In this document: one piece after another, positions 1 to 11,772 of the stretch | Position numbering within the stretch: the stretch's first letter is position 1 | How the letters are laid out: each line of letters starts with the position of its first letter | Assembly (NCBI GenBank): GCA_902522415.1 | Contig: CABYVI010000002.1 | Span: 10,568-74,567 of the forward strand | Length of the DNA stretch: 64,000 nt | From: an uncultured SAR116 cluster alpha proteobacterium | GTDB taxonomy: Bacteria > Pseudomonadota > Alphaproteobacteria > Puniceispirillales > GCA-002684695 | Direction: 5' to 3' | Position numbers and translations under genes: made by a program | Notes under the pieces: generated by a model | What the model was told of the DNA's origin: nothing | Database searches by the model: none | Seen by the model: the letters and a program-made list of their open reading frames with translations, nothing else

Positions 1-1552
1 TTACTATACCAGCTGCATGAGTTGAAGCATGCCTGTACAAACCTTCTAATTTTTGTGATAGAGCAATTAGATCTGAAACCTGATCATCATTTTCAATTAA
101 AGATCTCAAATCATCAACTTCTTCTATTGACTCAGCAATAGTAAGAGGCCGAGCAGGATTATTTGGAATTAACTTTGCTATTTTATCAACTTGGCTATAT
201 GGCATTTCCAATACTCTTCCTGTATCTCTGATCACTGCCCTTGATTTTAATTCACCAAATGTAATTATTTGTGCTACCTTTTCATAACCATATTTATCTT
301 GAACATAATTAATCACTTCATCTCTTCTAGATTTGCAAAAATCTATATCAAAATCTGGCATGGATATTCTATCAGGGTTTAAGAATCTTTCAAAAAGCAG
401 TCCCCATTTAATAGGGTCTAAATCAGTTATTTTTAGACACCATGCTACTATCGAACCTGCTCCAGAACCTCTTCCTGGACCAACAGGAATATCATTATTC
501 TTAGCCCAATTAATTACATCAGAAACAATTAAGTAATAACCGGCAAATCCCATTTCACATATTATTTCTAATTCCATAGATAATCTTTTATGATAAGTAT
601 CGATCTCATCATTTGTAATTTTTATTTTATCTAATCTCTTCTTAAGTCCATTAATCGAAGTAAATCTTAATTCTTCTTTTTCATTTTTTCCTGAATTTGA
701 TGTAAATTCGGGCAACATTGGTTTAGATGTTTTAGATCGCACGTGAGATCTTCTAGAAATATTTATGGTATTATTTGCTGCTTCTGGAATATCTTTAAAA
801 AGCTCTCTCATTTCGCTCATAGATTTAAAATAATGATTAGATGTCAATGAAGGCTTTTTTTCATTTGAAATAGTTTTTCCAGCATCAATACACATTAAAA
901 TATCATGAGCACTTTTCATTGAAGGCTCTAAAAAACAAACGTCATTTGTTCCAACAATTGGAAAATTATTGTAAAAAGCAATATCAACAAGTTTTTTTTC
1001 AATTAAACTTTGATCTAATAAACCATGTCTTTGAATTTCAATATAAAAATTTTCTTTAAAATGATTTTTAAAAAATTCAATTCTATCTTTTACCTTGGTC
1101 TCATTTTGAATTTTCAATAGCTGAGGAACAAAGCCATTATACGACCCTCCTGACAAAATTATTATTCCTTCACTCTTATTTTTTAAATTTTCAAGGGTGA
1201 TTGATGGACCACTTATTCCTTCAGATAATAAATGTGCATCGCTTACTAAATTAATTAAATTTTGATAGCCAATATCATTTTTTGAAATGACAACCACCTC
1301 ACCTACTCCAAATTTGTCTTTAATATTTATTTGACAACCTATAATTGGTTGCAAGCCATTCTCTACAGATTTTTCTGAAAACTCTAGGGCTCCAAACATA
1401 TTACTGTTGTCAGTTAAACATATTGCAGGCTGATTATCATTTTTTGCAAATTCGATTATTTTATCAATTTGAAGAGCACCAAAAGAAAGGGAGTATGAAG
1501 AATGAACTCTTAAATGCACAAAAATATTTTCAATATTTAACTTATTTTTCAA
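1..1552 (-). CDS. dnaE: DNA polymerase III alpha subunit, N-terminal ~517 codons; gene runs off the left window edge
   Basis: Absent from the ORF track because it is open at the edge. Hand translation of the minus strand gives (TTG)[58 protein letters not shown], a PHP-domain N-terminus. Near position 1 it reads LEGLYRHASTHAAGIV, a conserved DnaE motif. Start placed at an in-frame TTG (complement of 1550-1552) right after an in-frame TAG; it overlaps the lolD stop by 11 nt. Confidence 0.85.
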   Translation of the reverse strand, partial: MKNKLNIENIFVHLRVHSSYSLSFGALQIDKIIEFAKNDNQPAICLTDNSNMFGALEFSEKSVENGLQPIIGCQINIKDKFGVGEVVVISKNDIGYQNLINLVSDAHLLSEGISGPSITLENLKNKSEGIIILSGGSYNGFVPQLLKIQNETKVKDRIEFFKNHFKENFYIEIQRHGLLDQSLIEKKLVDIAFYNNFPIVGTNDVCFLEPSMKSAHDILMCIDAGKTISNEKKPSLTSNHYFKSMSEMRELFKDIPEAANNTINISRRSHVRSKTSKPMLPEFTSNSGKNEKEELRFTSINGLKKRLDKIKITNDEIDTYHKRLSMELEIICEMGFAGYYLIVSDVINWAKNNDIPVGPGRGSGAGSIVAWCLKITDLDPIKWGLLFERFLNPDRISMPDFDIDFCKSRRDEVINYVQDKYGYEKVAQIITFGELKSRAVIRDTGRVLEMPYSQVDKIAKLIPNNPARPLTIAESIEEVDDLRSLIENDDQVSDLIALSQKLEGLYRHASTHAAGIV

Positions 1553-2231
1553 CTATACTTCCTTGGTCCAAAATTAATTTTTTGTCCATCAAATCAGCTA
1601 TTTCCATATTATGCGTGACAATCAAACAAGTAAGTTTTGTTTTTAAGACTATTTTTTGGAGATGATTAACAATACTAATTGCAGTTTTAGGATCTAAATT
1701 TCCTGTTGGTTCATCTGCGAGCAAAATATTGGGGGCATTTGCAAGACTTCTTGCAATTGCAACACGTTGTTGTTCTCCTCCAGAAAGTGCACCTGGTCTA
1801 TTATTTTTTCTTTTTGAAAGATTCATCATTTCTAAAAGTTCATCAGAACGTTCTAATGCTAGGCTTTTAGTTAATCCAGTAAGCATTTGAGGAATTGCAA
1901 TATTTTCTCGAGCTGAAAATTCTGGAAGCAACCTATGAGATTGAAAAATAAACCCAATTTGATTTAATCTTATTTTATTCTTGCTTGAATACGAACTTGG
2001 ATTAATTAATTTATTATCTAAAAAAATTTCTCCAGAGCTAACATTTTCTAATAATCCAATTAAGTTTAAAAGTGTTGATTTTCCAGAACCACTTGGACCT
2101 ACAAGTGCAGCCATTTCACCTTTTCTAATATTAAATGATATATTTTGCAGCACTCTAATTATATTTTTTCCATTTATATATGAGTGAGAAAGTTTTTTTA
2201 CTTCAAGGTATCCATTCTTCAAATCATTCAT
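1542..2231 (-). CDS. lolD: Lipoprotein-releasing ABC transporter, ATP-binding subunit
   Basis: Walker [13 protein letters not shown] signature [15 protein letters not shown], Walker [13 protein letters not shown]. Overlaps the upstream LolC/E-type permease gene by 8 nt. Confidence 0.85.
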   Translation of the reverse strand: MNDLKNGYLEVKKLSHSYINGKNIIRVLQNISFNIRKGEMAALVGPSGSGKSTLLNLIGLLENVSSGEIFLDNKLINPSSYSSKNKIRLNQIGFIFQSHRLLPEFSARENIAIPQMLTGLTKSLALERSDELLEMMNLSKRKNNRPGALSGGEQQRVAIARSLANAPNILLADEPTGNLDPKTAISIVNHLQKIVLKTKLTCLIVTHNMEIADLMDKKLILDQGSIVEK

Positions 2232-3471
2232 ACCTTAAAACCTCAGCTGGTAAAATTCTTGAAGCTTTCCAAGCAGGAAAAACGGAAGCAAAAAATGAAA
2301 GAAATAAGGATAAAATTATAATTTGAAATACCTCTACAGGATCAATCAATGCAGGCATTTTAGATAAATAATATATTTCAGCTGAAAATAATTCATTTTC
2401 AGTAAAGCTTTCAAGAAATAATCTTATTTTTTCAATATTTTCACAAAAAGCCAGCCCAATAAAAGTTCCTATTATAGTTCCTAGTAAGCCAATAGACATA
2501 CCAGTAATAAAAAAAATTCTCATAATATTTGTTTTAGATGCTCCCATTGCACTAAGAACTGCGATGTCAGAAGTTTTACTGTTAACAAGCATTATCATTG
2601 AAGAAATGATGTTAAATGCTGCAACAGTAATAATTAATGTAAGAATAATAAACATTACATTTCTCTCAACATTAAGTGCATTTATAAAAGATGAATTTCT
2701 ATCAACCCAATCTGTTATATGTAAATTATTTGATGAAATTGATTTTATTCTATTTTTAATTTTTTCTATATTAATAATTGACCTTAAATATACCTCTAAG
2801 TTAGTTATTGAGTTTTGTTTTTTATAACCATAAAGTGACTGTGCATTTTCTAAAGAAACAAAAACAAATCCAGCATCATATTCAAACATTCCAACATTAA
2901 AAGTTTGAATTACTTTGAACCTTTTTTGTTTTGGAACTGATCCAAAAGCAGTTACTTGCATTTGGGGAGTTAGAATAGAAACATAATCATTTATTGTTAT
3001 ATTTAATTTTTTAGCAAGTCTGTGGCCTATTAAAATTCCATCTTCAGCATAGTTCTCTAGATTTTTGTCTTCTAATGATGAAAATAACTGTTTTCTTGCT
3101 GAAAGGTCTAACCATCTTATGCCTCTTACTACAACACCCTCAGCAATAGTGTTATAAACTATTAAACCTTGACCTTCAATTTGTGGTGTCACAGCCATTA
3201 CTTCAGGAATTTCTGCTATTGCTACAGAATATTCTTCATAATCATTAAAATCATTTTGATTTACATAGACACCTATATGACCATTAAGGCCTAGGATTCT
3301 ATCTATAAGTTCTGCTCGAAAACCATTCATTACAGACATTACTATTATCAGAGTTGCAACTCCTAAAATAATTCCAATTAGTGAAAATCCTGCAATTATA
3401 GAAATAAAGCCTTCTGATCTTTTTGATCTTAAATATCTGAATGCTATTAATATTTCTAATTGTGAAAACAT
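2224..3471 (-). CDS. lolE: Lipoprotein-releasing system permease (LolC/LolE family)
   Basis: 415 aa. N-terminus FRYLRSKRSEGFISIIAGFSLIGIILGVATLIIVMSVMNGF is typical of the LolC/E (FtsX-like) family. Operonic with lolD. Confidence 0.8.
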   Translation of the reverse strand: MFSQLEILIAFRYLRSKRSEGFISIIAGFSLIGIILGVATLIIVMSVMNGFRAELIDRILGLNGHIGVYVNQNDFNDYEEYSVAIAEIPEVMAVTPQIEGQGLIVYNTIAEGVVVRGIRWLDLSARKQLFSSLEDKNLENYAEDGILIGHRLAKKLNITINDYVSILTPQMQVTAFGSVPKQKRFKVIQTFNVGMFEYDAGFVFVSLENAQSLYGYKKQNSITNLEVYLRSIINIEKIKNRIKSISSNNLHITDWVDRNSSFINALNVERNVMFIILTLIITVAAFNIISSMIMLVNSKTSDIAVLSAMGASKTNIMRIFFITGMSIGLLGTIIGTFIGLAFCENIEKIRLFLESFTENELFSAEIYYLSKMPALIDPVEVFQIIILSLFLSFFASVFPAWKASRILPAEVLRYE

Positions 3472-3476
3472 ATCAA

Positions 3477-4781
3477 TTATTCAATAAATTCATATAACTG
3501 CTTGAAGGAAACAATATTTATTTCATCTGTTAATCTATTCTTAATTTCAAATTTATTATCTTTTGCAAGCCTAGGACCAACAATGACTTGATGAGGTATG
3601 CCAATAAGATCCATACTAGCTAATTTACTACCTGCACTCTCCTTTGTATCATCATAAAGAATATCTTTACCAAATGATTTCAAGGAATTATATATTTTAT
3701 GAGCAATTGCGTCACAACTATCATTTCCAACTGACAAATTTACTATAACTACATCAAAAGGCGCGACCTGCATTGGCCATTTGATACCTGCTTCGTCATG
3801 ACTAGACTCTATAATTGCTCCAACAAGCCTACTCACACCAATACCATAAGAGCCCATAAAAACAGGTTTTAAACTACCATCAGGTAAAACAACTTTTGCT
3901 CCCATTGATTCTGAGTATTTTGTACCAAAATGAAATATATGCCCAACCTCAATCCCTCTAGTTTCAAGCAAATTTTTTTTATTTATCCGCGATGGATCAT
4001 GCTTTTCATCAGTAGCAGCATATAAGGAAGTGTATTTATCAACTATTTTCTGGAGATTTTCATCATAAGAAATTTTTTCTATATTAATGTTCAGATTTTT
4101 CCATTTTTTATCATAAAAAACTTTAGATTCTCCTGTTTCAGCTAAAATAATAAACTCATGACTTCTTTCACCTCCAATTGGGCCAGTATCAGCTTCCATT
4201 GGTATAGCAGTTAAACCAAGCTTGCTAAATATTTTAAGATAAGAAATAAACATTTTATTGTACGCTTCATAAGACTTGTCTTTATCAATATCAAAAGAAT
4301 ATCCATCTTTCATTAGAAATTCTCTTCCTCTCATAACGCCAAATCTTGGGCGTATTTCATCTCTAAATTTCCACTGTATCTGATATAGATTTAGTGGTAA
4401 ACTTCTGTATGACTTAATATTTGTCCTAAAGATATCCGTTATCATTTCTTCATTAGTTGGACCAAATAAAATATCTCTTTTATGTCGATCTTTTATCCTC
4501 AGCATTTCAAGACCATAATCATCATACCTCCCTGATTCTCTCCATAAATCAGCTGATTGAATTGTTGGCATTAACATTTCATGTGCACCAGAACTGTTTT
4601 GTTCTTCGATAATGATTGAAGATATTTTTTTTAAGACTTTTAAGCCGAGTGGAAGCCATGAATATATACCGGCAGCATCTTGCTTAATCATCCCAGAACG
4701 TATCATAAGACGATGTGAAACTATTTGTGCATCCTTTGGAGTGTTTTTAACGATTGGCAAAAAGTATTTAGAAAGAAACAT
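3477..4781 (-). CDS. proS: Prolyl-tRNA synthetase (short alphaproteobacterial type)
   Basis: 434 aa. N-terminus [41 protein letters not shown] and class II aaRS motifs ([26 protein letters not shown]). Confidence 0.95.
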   Translation of the reverse strand: MFLSKYFLPIVKNTPKDAQIVSHRLMIRSGMIKQDAAGIYSWLPLGLKVLKKISSIIIEEQNSSGAHEMLMPTIQSADLWRESGRYDDYGLEMLRIKDRHKRDILFGPTNEEMITDIFRTNIKSYRSLPLNLYQIQWKFRDEIRPRFGVMRGREFLMKDGYSFDIDKDKSYEAYNKMFISYLKIFSKLGLTAIPMEADTGPIGGERSHEFIILAETGESKVFYDKKWKNLNINIEKISYDENLQKIVDKYTSLYAATDEKHDPSRINKKNLLETRGIEVGHIFHFGTKYSESMGAKVVLPDGSLKPVFMGSYGIGVSRLVGAIIESSHDEAGIKWPMQVAPFDVVIVNLSVGNDSCDAIAHKIYNSLKSFGKDILYDDTKESAGSKLASMDLIGIPHQVIVGPRLAKDNKFEIKNRLTDEINIVSFKQLYEFIE

Positions 4782-4933
4782 TAAAATATTCTCGAATTTT
4801 TTTAAAAAATTTATTAAAGTCTTTTAAATATAAATCTAAACTTTTTTTACAAAATTTTAAATTTTTTATTTTAAATTTATCAAATAAAAATTAATAATTT
4901 GAATTATATAATTTTTTATACTAATTCTGTGAA

Positions 4934-5950
4934 ATGTTTATTAAAAATAATGAGAATAGTTCTGGTTTCCCTTTAGTAAGAATGCGTCGAAATAGAATAA
5001 AGGACTTTTCAAGACGATTAATATCAGAAAATGTATTAACAACCAATGATTTAATACAACCATTATTCGTTACTAAAGGAAAATTTGAAAATTCTAATAT
5101 TGATTCTATGCCGGGAATAAAAAGGCATTCATTATCATCTATAATTTCTGAGGCAAAAGAAATTTATAGTTTGGGTATTCCGGCAATTGCATTATTTCCT
5201 TTTATTGATGAAACGCTTAAAGACGAAATAGGAAGTGAAGCTTTAAATGAAAATAACATCATATGTGAAGCTATTAAAGCAATAAAAAACGAGGTTCCAA
5301 AACTCGGGGTAATTTGTGATGTGGCTCTTGATCCATACACTAATCATGGTCACGATGGTATTATTATAAATCATGAAGTTGATAATGATGAAACTCTTAA
5401 GGTTTTATCAAAACAAGCTATTAATCAAGTTAATTCAGGTTGTGATATCATTGCACCAAGTGATATGATGGATGGAAGAGTTAAAACAATTAGATTATCT
5501 CTTGATGAAAATGGCTTTAATAATACACCTATTTTATCCTATTCTGCCAAATATTCATCAGTTCTCTATGGGCCTTTTAGAGATGCACTTGGATCTAAAG
5601 TGTTAAAATCAAAATTAGATGGAAAAAAAAGTTATCAAATGGACCCTTCTAATTCAAAAGAAGCGTTAAGAGAAATCCAGCTAGATATAGATGAAGGAGC
5701 TGATATGATAATGATTAAACCCGCACTAAGTTATTTGGATATTATCAAAAGCGCATCAGAAAATTTTAATATACCTGTATTTGCTTATCAAGTTTCTGGT
5801 GAATATTCGATGATAAAAGCTGCCGCTGAAAAAAAGTGGATTGATGAAAGCAAAGCTATAAATGAAAGTTTAATAAGCATAAAGAGATCCGGGGCTTCTG
5901 GGATTTTAACTTATTTTGCAAAAGAAGTTGCAAAAAACATAAATAAATAA
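4934..5950 (+). CDS. hemB: Porphobilinogen synthase (delta-aminolevulinate dehydratase)
   Basis: 338 aa. MRRNRIKDFSRRLISEN start and ALAD-typical segments (DVALDPYTNHGHDG, IIAPSDMMDGRV, ADMIMIKPALSYLDII). Confidence 0.95.
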   Translation: MFIKNNENSSGFPLVRMRRNRIKDFSRRLISENVLTTNDLIQPLFVTKGKFENSNIDSMPGIKRHSLSSIISEAKEIYSLGIPAIALFPFIDETLKDEIGSEALNENNIICEAIKAIKNEVPKLGVICDVALDPYTNHGHDGIIINHEVDNDETLKVLSKQAINQVNSGCDIIAPSDMMDGRVKTIRLSLDENGFNNTPILSYSAKYSSVLYGPFRDALGSKVLKSKLDGKKSYQMDPSNSKEALREIQLDIDEGADMIMIKPALSYLDIIKSASENFNIPVFAYQVSGEYSMIKAAAEKKWIDESKAINESLISIKRSGASGILTYFAKEVAKNINK

Positions 5951-5963
5951 TTTATTAGAATAT

Positions 5964-7181
5964 ATGGCAGTTAGCTTTGAAAATATTGTTGTTGCTTCAA
6001 AACAATTAAAAGGAAATATCAAAAAAACACCAGTAGTGAAAGCCTCTAAAATTAATTTGAAATTAGGCTGTGAGCTATTTTTAAAATTGGAATGCCTTCA
6101 ATTAACCTCATCATTTAAAACAAGGGGCGCTTTTATAGCTATTAAAAGAAATTGTGTAAAAAACCCTGGAAAAGGAGTTATTGCAATGTCTGCTGGCAAT
6201 CATGCACAAGCAGTTGCCTACCATGCAAAAAATTTAAATGTTCCTGCAACTATTATTATGCCAGAACAAGCACCTTTTTCGAAAGTTTCAAGAACAAAAG
6301 AATTAGGAGCAAAAGTTATTCTTAAAGGAAGAACTTTGAATGAAACAAGTGAATATGTAAAAAAAATTGCTCAAAATGAAGATCTCCAATTAATACACCC
6401 TTATGACAACGAAGATGTTATTAATGGTCAAGGAACTATAGGAATTGAATTGTTTGATGAAATAAATGATTTGGACTGTTTAATTGTTCCAATTGGAGGC
6501 GGTGGTCTTGTATCAGGTACCGCAACAGCAATTAAGCATTTAAAACCCAATATTAAAATTTTTGGTGTTGAAAGTAATCTTTATCCTTCAACATTTAATT
6601 TATTTAAAAATAAAAATTTACCTTGTTTGGGGGATACTATAGCGGATGGTATTGCTGTAAAAAGTCCTGGAGAAATAACCTATCCAATAATTAAAAAATA
6701 TATTGATGATATTTTTTTAGTAGATGAAATTTCAATTGAAAATGCAATAAGCATGCTTTTTGAAGATGAAAGAATAATTTCTGAAGGTGCAGGAGCAGTA
6801 GGGCTAGCAGCAATATTAAACAACAAATCATTTTTTAAAAATAAGAAAATTGGAACTATTATTTGTGGTGGGAATATAGATAGTAGAATTTTTGCAGAAA
6901 TATTAAATAAACAATTATCTCGAGATGGAAAATTAGCAAAAATTAGAATTGGGATAACAGATGAGCCTGGAATGTTAGCAAAAATATCAAATGCAATAGC
7001 TGCAAATGGAGGAAATATAATTGAAATATACCATCAAAGAATGTTTCATGATGTTCCTGTTAAGAAAGCAAAAATAGATGCAATAATTGAAGCACAAAAT
7101 ATTGCGAATATTAATGAGATTATAAATACATTAAAAAAAGAAAGTTTTGAAGTGTCAATTGTTAGTGAAAACTCAAATTAA
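5964..7181 (+). CDS. ilvA: Threonine ammonia-lyase (PLP-dependent, single C-terminal ACT-like regulatory domain)
   Basis: 405 aa. PLP-lysine motif SFKTRGA, glycine loop PIGGGGLVSG, C-terminal regulatory domain (RIGITDEPGMLAKISNAIAANGGNIIE). Confidence 0.85.
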   Translation: MAVSFENIVVASKQLKGNIKKTPVVKASKINLKLGCELFLKLECLQLTSSFKTRGAFIAIKRNCVKNPGKGVIAMSAGNHAQAVAYHAKNLNVPATIIMPEQAPFSKVSRTKELGAKVILKGRTLNETSEYVKKIAQNEDLQLIHPYDNEDVINGQGTIGIELFDEINDLDCLIVPIGGGGLVSGTATAIKHLKPNIKIFGVESNLYPSTFNLFKNKNLPCLGDTIADGIAVKSPGEITYPIIKKYIDDIFLVDEISIENAISMLFEDERIISEGAGAVGLAAILNNKSFFKNKKIGTIICGGNIDSRIFAEILNKQLSRDGKLAKIRIGITDEPGMLAKISNAIAANGGNIIEIYHQRMFHDVPVKKAKIDAIIEAQNIANINEIINTLKKESFEVSIVSENSN

Positions 7182-7189
7182 TTGATTGT

Positions 7190-7897
7190 ATGACTATCCA
7201 AAAAAAAATATTAGATCTATCATATATTCCTATTCAAGTAAGCAACAGTTCAAGTTGTCCTTATATTACAAATAAAGTAGAAACAAGGGCTTTCATTAAT
7301 TTGTCAGATTACCCTGAAGCACATGATCAACTTGCTGAAATAGGTTTTAGAAGGGTTGAAAATTGGGCTTATAAACCAATCTGTTCAAATTGCAACCAAT
7401 GCATACCTATCAGAGTAAACTGTAAAAAATTTGTTCCAAATAAAAACCAGAAAAGATGTATTAAGACAAAACTAGTAAGAAATATATTACCAAGTATAGC
7501 AAAACAAGAACATTACGAACTATTTAAAAAATATCAAAAAGAAAGACATACAGATGGTCTAATGTCAAAAATGTCGTGGGATAATTATACTGATATGATA
7601 AATCTTACTCCAATTAATTCTATGATTTTTGAATATAGAAATGAACAAAAAAAACTTTTAGGAGTTATTTTGATTGATATTCAGAGAGATGGATTATCTG
7701 CAGTATATTCATTTTATGATAACAAAATTAAAAAAATAAGTATTGGTAAATATATGATTATAGATAGTATTAATTTCGTAAAGGATAATAAATTGAAATA
7801 TTTATATCTAGGTTACTATATAAAAAACAATGAAAAGATGAATTATAAAAATCAATTTTATCCAAATGAAACTTTTTCAAAAGGAAAATGGAAATAA
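7190..7897 (+). CDS. bpt: Arginyl/leucyl-tRNA--protein transferase of the N-end rule pathway (ATE/Bpt family)
   Basis: 235 aa. N-terminal Cys motif (SSCPYITNK), central CNQCIPIRV, C-terminal ATE_C-like region (LSAVYSFYD, YLYLGYYI). Confidence 0.8.
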   Translation: MTIQKKILDLSYIPIQVSNSSSCPYITNKVETRAFINLSDYPEAHDQLAEIGFRRVENWAYKPICSNCNQCIPIRVNCKKFVPNKNQKRCIKTKLVRNILPSIAKQEHYELFKKYQKERHTDGLMSKMSWDNYTDMINLTPINSMIFEYRNEQKKLLGVILIDIQRDGLSAVYSFYDNKIKKISIGKYMIIDSINFVKDNKLKYLYLGYYIKNNEKMNYKNQFYPNETFSKGKWK

Positions 7898-7903
7898 GTT
7901 TTT

Positions 7904-10117
7904 TTATATAAATTTTGCAGGTTTAGGAAAGCCTCTTGGTGGCATTTTGCCTGAACCCCCTCTTCTTCCAATCCATGTGGTTAAATCTTTTTCAATTCTT
8001 GTTCTGTCTTTTCCTTGAGACCATGAGAGACCTTTATTTAAATTTATGATCTTAGCATCTGAACAAAGGCCATTTTTATATCTCTGCAAAATAACACCTT
8101 GACCTTTATTCAACTCAGGTATTTCGTCTAAGTCTAGAACTAGCAATTTCCTGTTCTCACCTACAATAGCTAACATATCACCGTCTATGGTCAGACAGGC
8201 AATAGCTTTATTAGAATTTTTAAGATTTAGTATCTGTTTACCAGATTTTCTAATAGTTACTACATCTTTCAAATTGACTATAAAACCTCTTCCATCTGAT
8301 GAAACAAGAATAACCCTTTGATCTTTAAATTCACTTAAAAATAAAATATTATTTTCAGAAATATCTTCAAATAATAAAGACAAAGGTTCACCAAAACCAC
8401 GCCCAGAAGGTAATTTATGAACTAAAATGCTATAAAATTTTCCATTACTTGCAAAAAGACATAACTGGTCTAAACTGTTTAAACAAATTGATAAATTTAG
8501 ACCGTCACCTTCTTTAAATTTTATATTTTCAATATCTGTAACATGCCCTTTAATTGTTTTAATCCAACCTTTTTTTGATACAACAACAGTTATTGGTTCT
8601 TTTTCAATTTCTAATGTAATATCATTAATATATTCAACATTTTTATTTTCAATGATTGTTTTCCTCGTTGTTTGATTTTTAAAAATACTTTTCAAATTCT
8701 TTATTTCTTTCGATATTTTTGCCCATTGAGCTTTTCTGCTTTTTAACAGTTTATCAAGACTGGTTTTTTCACTTAAAAGCTTATCTTTTTCTGAAATAAT
8801 TTCTTTTTCCTCAAGCTTTCTTAAATTTCTTAACTTCATGTCTAAAACTGCTATTGCTTGAGTTTCAGACAACTTAAAATTATATTTTAGAGAAACTTTT
8901 GGATCATCATCTTCTCTAATTATTTGTAAAACTTTATCTAAGTTAAGAAAAACAATTAAATAACTCTCTAGGATCTCTAAACGATTTTTAATTTTATCTA
9001 ATGCGAAAGTTTTAATTCTTACCAAAACTTTTCTTCTATGATTCAGCCAAGCAATAATGGCTTCTTTTATTGACATAACTTTAGGAGTTCCACTTTCATC
9101 TAAAACATTTAGATTAAGTTGAATTTTAGTTTCTAGATCAGTTAATCGGAATAAAACTTCCATCAAATCATTGTGGTTAATATTCCTTGATTTTGGTTCA
9201 ATAATAATTCTTATATCATCAGATGATTCATCACGAATGTCAGAAACCATAATTAATTTTTTTTCAGATATAAGTTCAGCAATTTTTTCTATTATTTTTG
9301 ATTTTTGAATTTGATAAGGTATTTCATTTATACATATTTGCCATGTCCCAGATGGTTTCTTTTCAACAAACCAGTTTGCTCTTAATCTAAATGAACCTTT
9401 TCCATTTTTATATGCCTCATTAATTTTTTCTAAAGGTTCAATTATTGTTCCACCAGTTGGAAAATCAGGGCCTTTTATTTTTTTTAGAATTTCATCGTCT
9501 ATTACATCTCTATCTTGAATTAGCAACTCTGCAGCATCACATATTTCTACAAGATTGTGCGATGGAATTGAACAAGCCATCCCAACTGCGATACCCTGAG
9601 CACCATTTACGAGCAAATTTGGAAAGCCCGATGGAAGTAAAACTGGTTCTTTACCTACACCATCATAAGTTTCTTTAAAGTCTATAGCATTTTCATTTAT
9701 ACCCTCTAACATTAAACGAGAAACATCGCTTAATCTAGCTTCAGTATATCTCATAGCGGCAGCATTATCTCCATCAATGTTGCCAAAATTGCCTTGCCCT
9801 TCAACTAAAGTAAAATTCATAGAAAATTCTTGTGCCATTCTCACCATAGATTCATATATTGCCGCATCACCATGAGGGTGGTATTTACCCATAACATCTC
9901 CGACTACTCTAGCTGACTTTTTAAAGCTTTTATTAGGAAGAAGATTTAAAAGATTCATTGCATAAAGCAATCTTCTATGAACTGGCTTCAAACCATCTCT
10001 TACATCGGGCAAGGATCTAGATGTAATTGTTGAAAGTGCATATTGTAAGAACCTTTTACTAAGTTCTTTTGAAAAATCTGCAATTTCTTGATCATTATTT
10101 TTAGTTTCTATTTCCAT
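7904..10117 (-). CDS. parC: DNA topoisomerase IV subunit A
   Basis: 737 aa type IIA topoisomerase A subunit ([19 protein letters not shown], active-site region [10 protein letters not shown]). Size and lack of a long acidic tail fit ParC rather than GyrA. Confidence 0.88.
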   Translation of the reverse strand: MEIETKNNDQEIADFSKELSKRFLQYALSTITSRSLPDVRDGLKPVHRRLLYAMNLLNLLPNKSFKKSARVVGDVMGKYHPHGDAAIYESMVRMAQEFSMNFTLVEGQGNFGNIDGDNAAAMRYTEARLSDVSRLMLEGINENAIDFKETYDGVGKEPVLLPSGFPNLLVNGAQGIAVGMACSIPSHNLVEICDAAELLIQDRDVIDDEILKKIKGPDFPTGGTIIEPLEKINEAYKNGKGSFRLRANWFVEKKPSGTWQICINEIPYQIQKSKIIEKIAELISEKKLIMVSDIRDESSDDIRIIIEPKSRNINHNDLMEVLFRLTDLETKIQLNLNVLDESGTPKVMSIKEAIIAWLNHRRKVLVRIKTFALDKIKNRLEILESYLIVFLNLDKVLQIIREDDDPKVSLKYNFKLSETQAIAVLDMKLRNLRKLEEKEIISEKDKLLSEKTSLDKLLKSRKAQWAKISKEIKNLKSIFKNQTTRKTIIENKNVEYINDITLEIEKEPITVVVSKKGWIKTIKGHVTDIENIKFKEGDGLNLSICLNSLDQLCLFASNGKFYSILVHKLPSGRGFGEPLSLLFEDISENNILFLSEFKDQRVILVSSDGRGFIVNLKDVVTIRKSGKQILNLKNSNKAIACLTIDGDMLAIVGENRKLLVLDLDEIPELNKGQGVILQRYKNGLCSDAKIINLNKGLSWSQGKDRTRIEKDLTTWIGRRGGSGKMPPRGFPKPAKFI

Positions 10118-10122
10118 ATTTA

Positions 10123-10869
10123 TTATACCTTAGATAATTTATTTTCTAATTGTTTTTGCAATCTAATCCTAGAAGAGGGCAAATGACTATTTTTAAAAAA
10201 ATTCATGTTGATAAAAAATTTTGTTATAATTAAACCATTCAAAACATCTTCATTTATATTCTCTTGATAATAGTTACCTCCTAAAAATTTAGGAAGAATA
10301 AATAGTTTATTTTTATATGGCAACCCAATATTATAACTAACTGCTCTACCTGTTTTTGGACTAACAAATGCTAAATTTTTACAATCATTATTGACAGCAC
10401 ATTTATTTAGTTTTAAGGAAAACCCTAATTCAGATAAAACTCCTAGTTCCCAATTAATATAGCCTTTAACCCAAGAGAAATTAATAGAATCAGATAATTT
10501 AAGAAGTTCAAATAATTTGATTGTTGCATTAAACAATTTTTGATTAGGCTCTCTTTCTGGAAGAATAAAATCAAATACATCACATACTGATGATAATGCG
10601 GAAAGCTGTATTGGTTGGCCCATAATATTTGGAGCTGTTGACTTTATCAGCTCTATTTTTAAAGATCCTAATTGTTCTGAAGTTCTAGATTTCCAATGAG
10701 CCGTACATAAATTTCCTTTCTGAAATGTTGCTCTTTTTTTTTTGCTATGACCACCAAAAACAAATCCTTTATATCTTCCATTTTTTTCACTTAAAACAGA
10801 TGCAATAATTCCAGCCTCTCCATAAGGCTTTGATGATAACAAAATTACGTTGTCTTTCCATTCAAGCAT
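10123..10869 (-). CDS. recO: DNA repair protein RecO
   Basis: 248 aa. Sits directly downstream of era with an 8 nt overlap (classic rnc-era-recO order). N-terminal OB-fold-like segment [29 protein letters not shown]. Confidence 0.85.
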   Translation of the reverse strand: MLEWKDNVILLSSKPYGEAGIIASVLSEKNGRYKGFVFGGHSKKKRATFQKGNLCTAHWKSRTSEQLGSLKIELIKSTAPNIMGQPIQLSALSSVCDVFDFILPEREPNQKLFNATIKLFELLKLSDSINFSWVKGYINWELGVLSELGFSLKLNKCAVNNDCKNLAFVSPKTGRAVSYNIGLPYKNKLFILPKFLGGNYYQENINEDVLNGLIITKFFINMNFFKNSHLPSSRIRLQKQLENKLSKV

Positions 10870-11731
10870 TAATATCTAACCCTGTTGACTCAAGGAGTTT
10901 GGTATCTTGTAGGCAGTTTTCTCTGACTTTTACTTTTATATATAAATGAACTTTTTTATCAAAAAAATTCTCCATGTCTTTCCTTGCAAGTATTCCTAAC
11001 ATTTTAATATTTTTACCTAAATGGCCAATAATCATTCCTTTATGTGATTTTTTAGTAACGTAAATATTTTGATAAATTTCTATACTAGTATTTATTTTTT
11101 CTTTCCATGATTCAGTTTCAACAATTAAATTATATGGAATTTCATCATGCATATTAATAAATAATTTTTCTCTTAAAATTTCTGAAGCTATCTGTCTTTT
11201 GGGTGTGTCAGTCAGATCACTCTGATCATATAAAAAAGTGGCTTCTGGCATTTTTTCTATAAGGTAATTTAATAATAATCCAGTTCCACTTCCATCTAAT
11301 GCTGAAAGCATAAAAATTTCTTCAAATTTAAATAAATTTTCAAAATTATGGATTAAAGGTAATAGCTTCTTTTTGTTTACCAAATCAATTTTATTCAATA
11401 CTAAAACTGTATGTGTTTGATTACTTTTAAGTTCTTCAAGTGTTTTTATTGTGTATTCATCTATTGTTTTTTTTGTACAATCATACAAAAAACAAATTAC
11501 CGTGGACTTTTTAGAGCTTTTCCATGCAGTTTTCACCATAATTTTATCTATGTAACTTTTTGGACTAAATAAACCTGGTGTATCAAGAAAAATTATTTGA
11601 GTATTTTTTCTAACAAAAACTCCCTTTAGAGTTGATCTGGTTGTTTGCTTTTTATGAGTAACAATTGAAATTTTTTCACCAATAACATTATTTAACAATG
11701 TTGATTTACCTGCATTGGGGGCACCAATCAA
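10862..11731 (-). CDS. era: GTPase Era
   Basis: G1 GAPNAGKST, G3 DTPG, G4 NKID, C-terminal KH domain. The track start is a TTG only 2 codons before the P-loop. The conserved beta-1 strand (SGFVSLIG) continues in frame upstream with no ATG/GTG/TTG, so the true start may be an ATT at 11768-11770 (see findings). Confidence 0.9.
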   Translation of the reverse strand: MIGAPNAGKSTLLNNVIGEKISIVTHKKQTTRSTLKGVFVRKNTQIIFLDTPGLFSPKSYIDKIMVKTAWKSSKKSTVICFLYDCTKKTIDEYTIKTLEELKSNQTHTVLVLNKIDLVNKKKLLPLIHNFENLFKFEEIFMLSALDGSGTGLLLNYLIEKMPEATFLYDQSDLTDTPKRQIASEILREKLFINMHDEIPYNLIVETESWKEKINTSIEIYQNIYVTKKSHKGMIIGHLGKNIKMLGILARKDMENFFDKKVHLYIKVKVRENCLQDTKLLESTGLDINA

Positions 11732-11772
11732 AGAAACAAATCCTGAATACTTTTTATTAATATTCGAAATAA

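Noticed and set aside
333-2827. Track ORFs on the plus strand (333-536, 1345-1665, 1981-2187, 2564-2827), and similar short ORFs opposite long genes throughout the window (e.g. 4612-4827, 9445-9678, 12449-12631, 15905-16108, 17217-17468, 21143-21367, 22184-22378, 28212-28409, 28726-28953, 36296-36562, 36926-37216, 39161-39400, 43293-43508, 43716-43910, 44646-44834, 45084-45389, 46005-46274, 49217-49405, 50785-50991, 51563-51745, 52124-52414, 56955-57158, 57971-58222, 60981-61166, 61805-61993, 62081-62287, 62540-62824)
   Set aside because: Each lies entirely inside, and antisense or out of frame to, a longer ORF with clear family motifs. Their products are low-complexity with no motifs. They are shadow ORFs.
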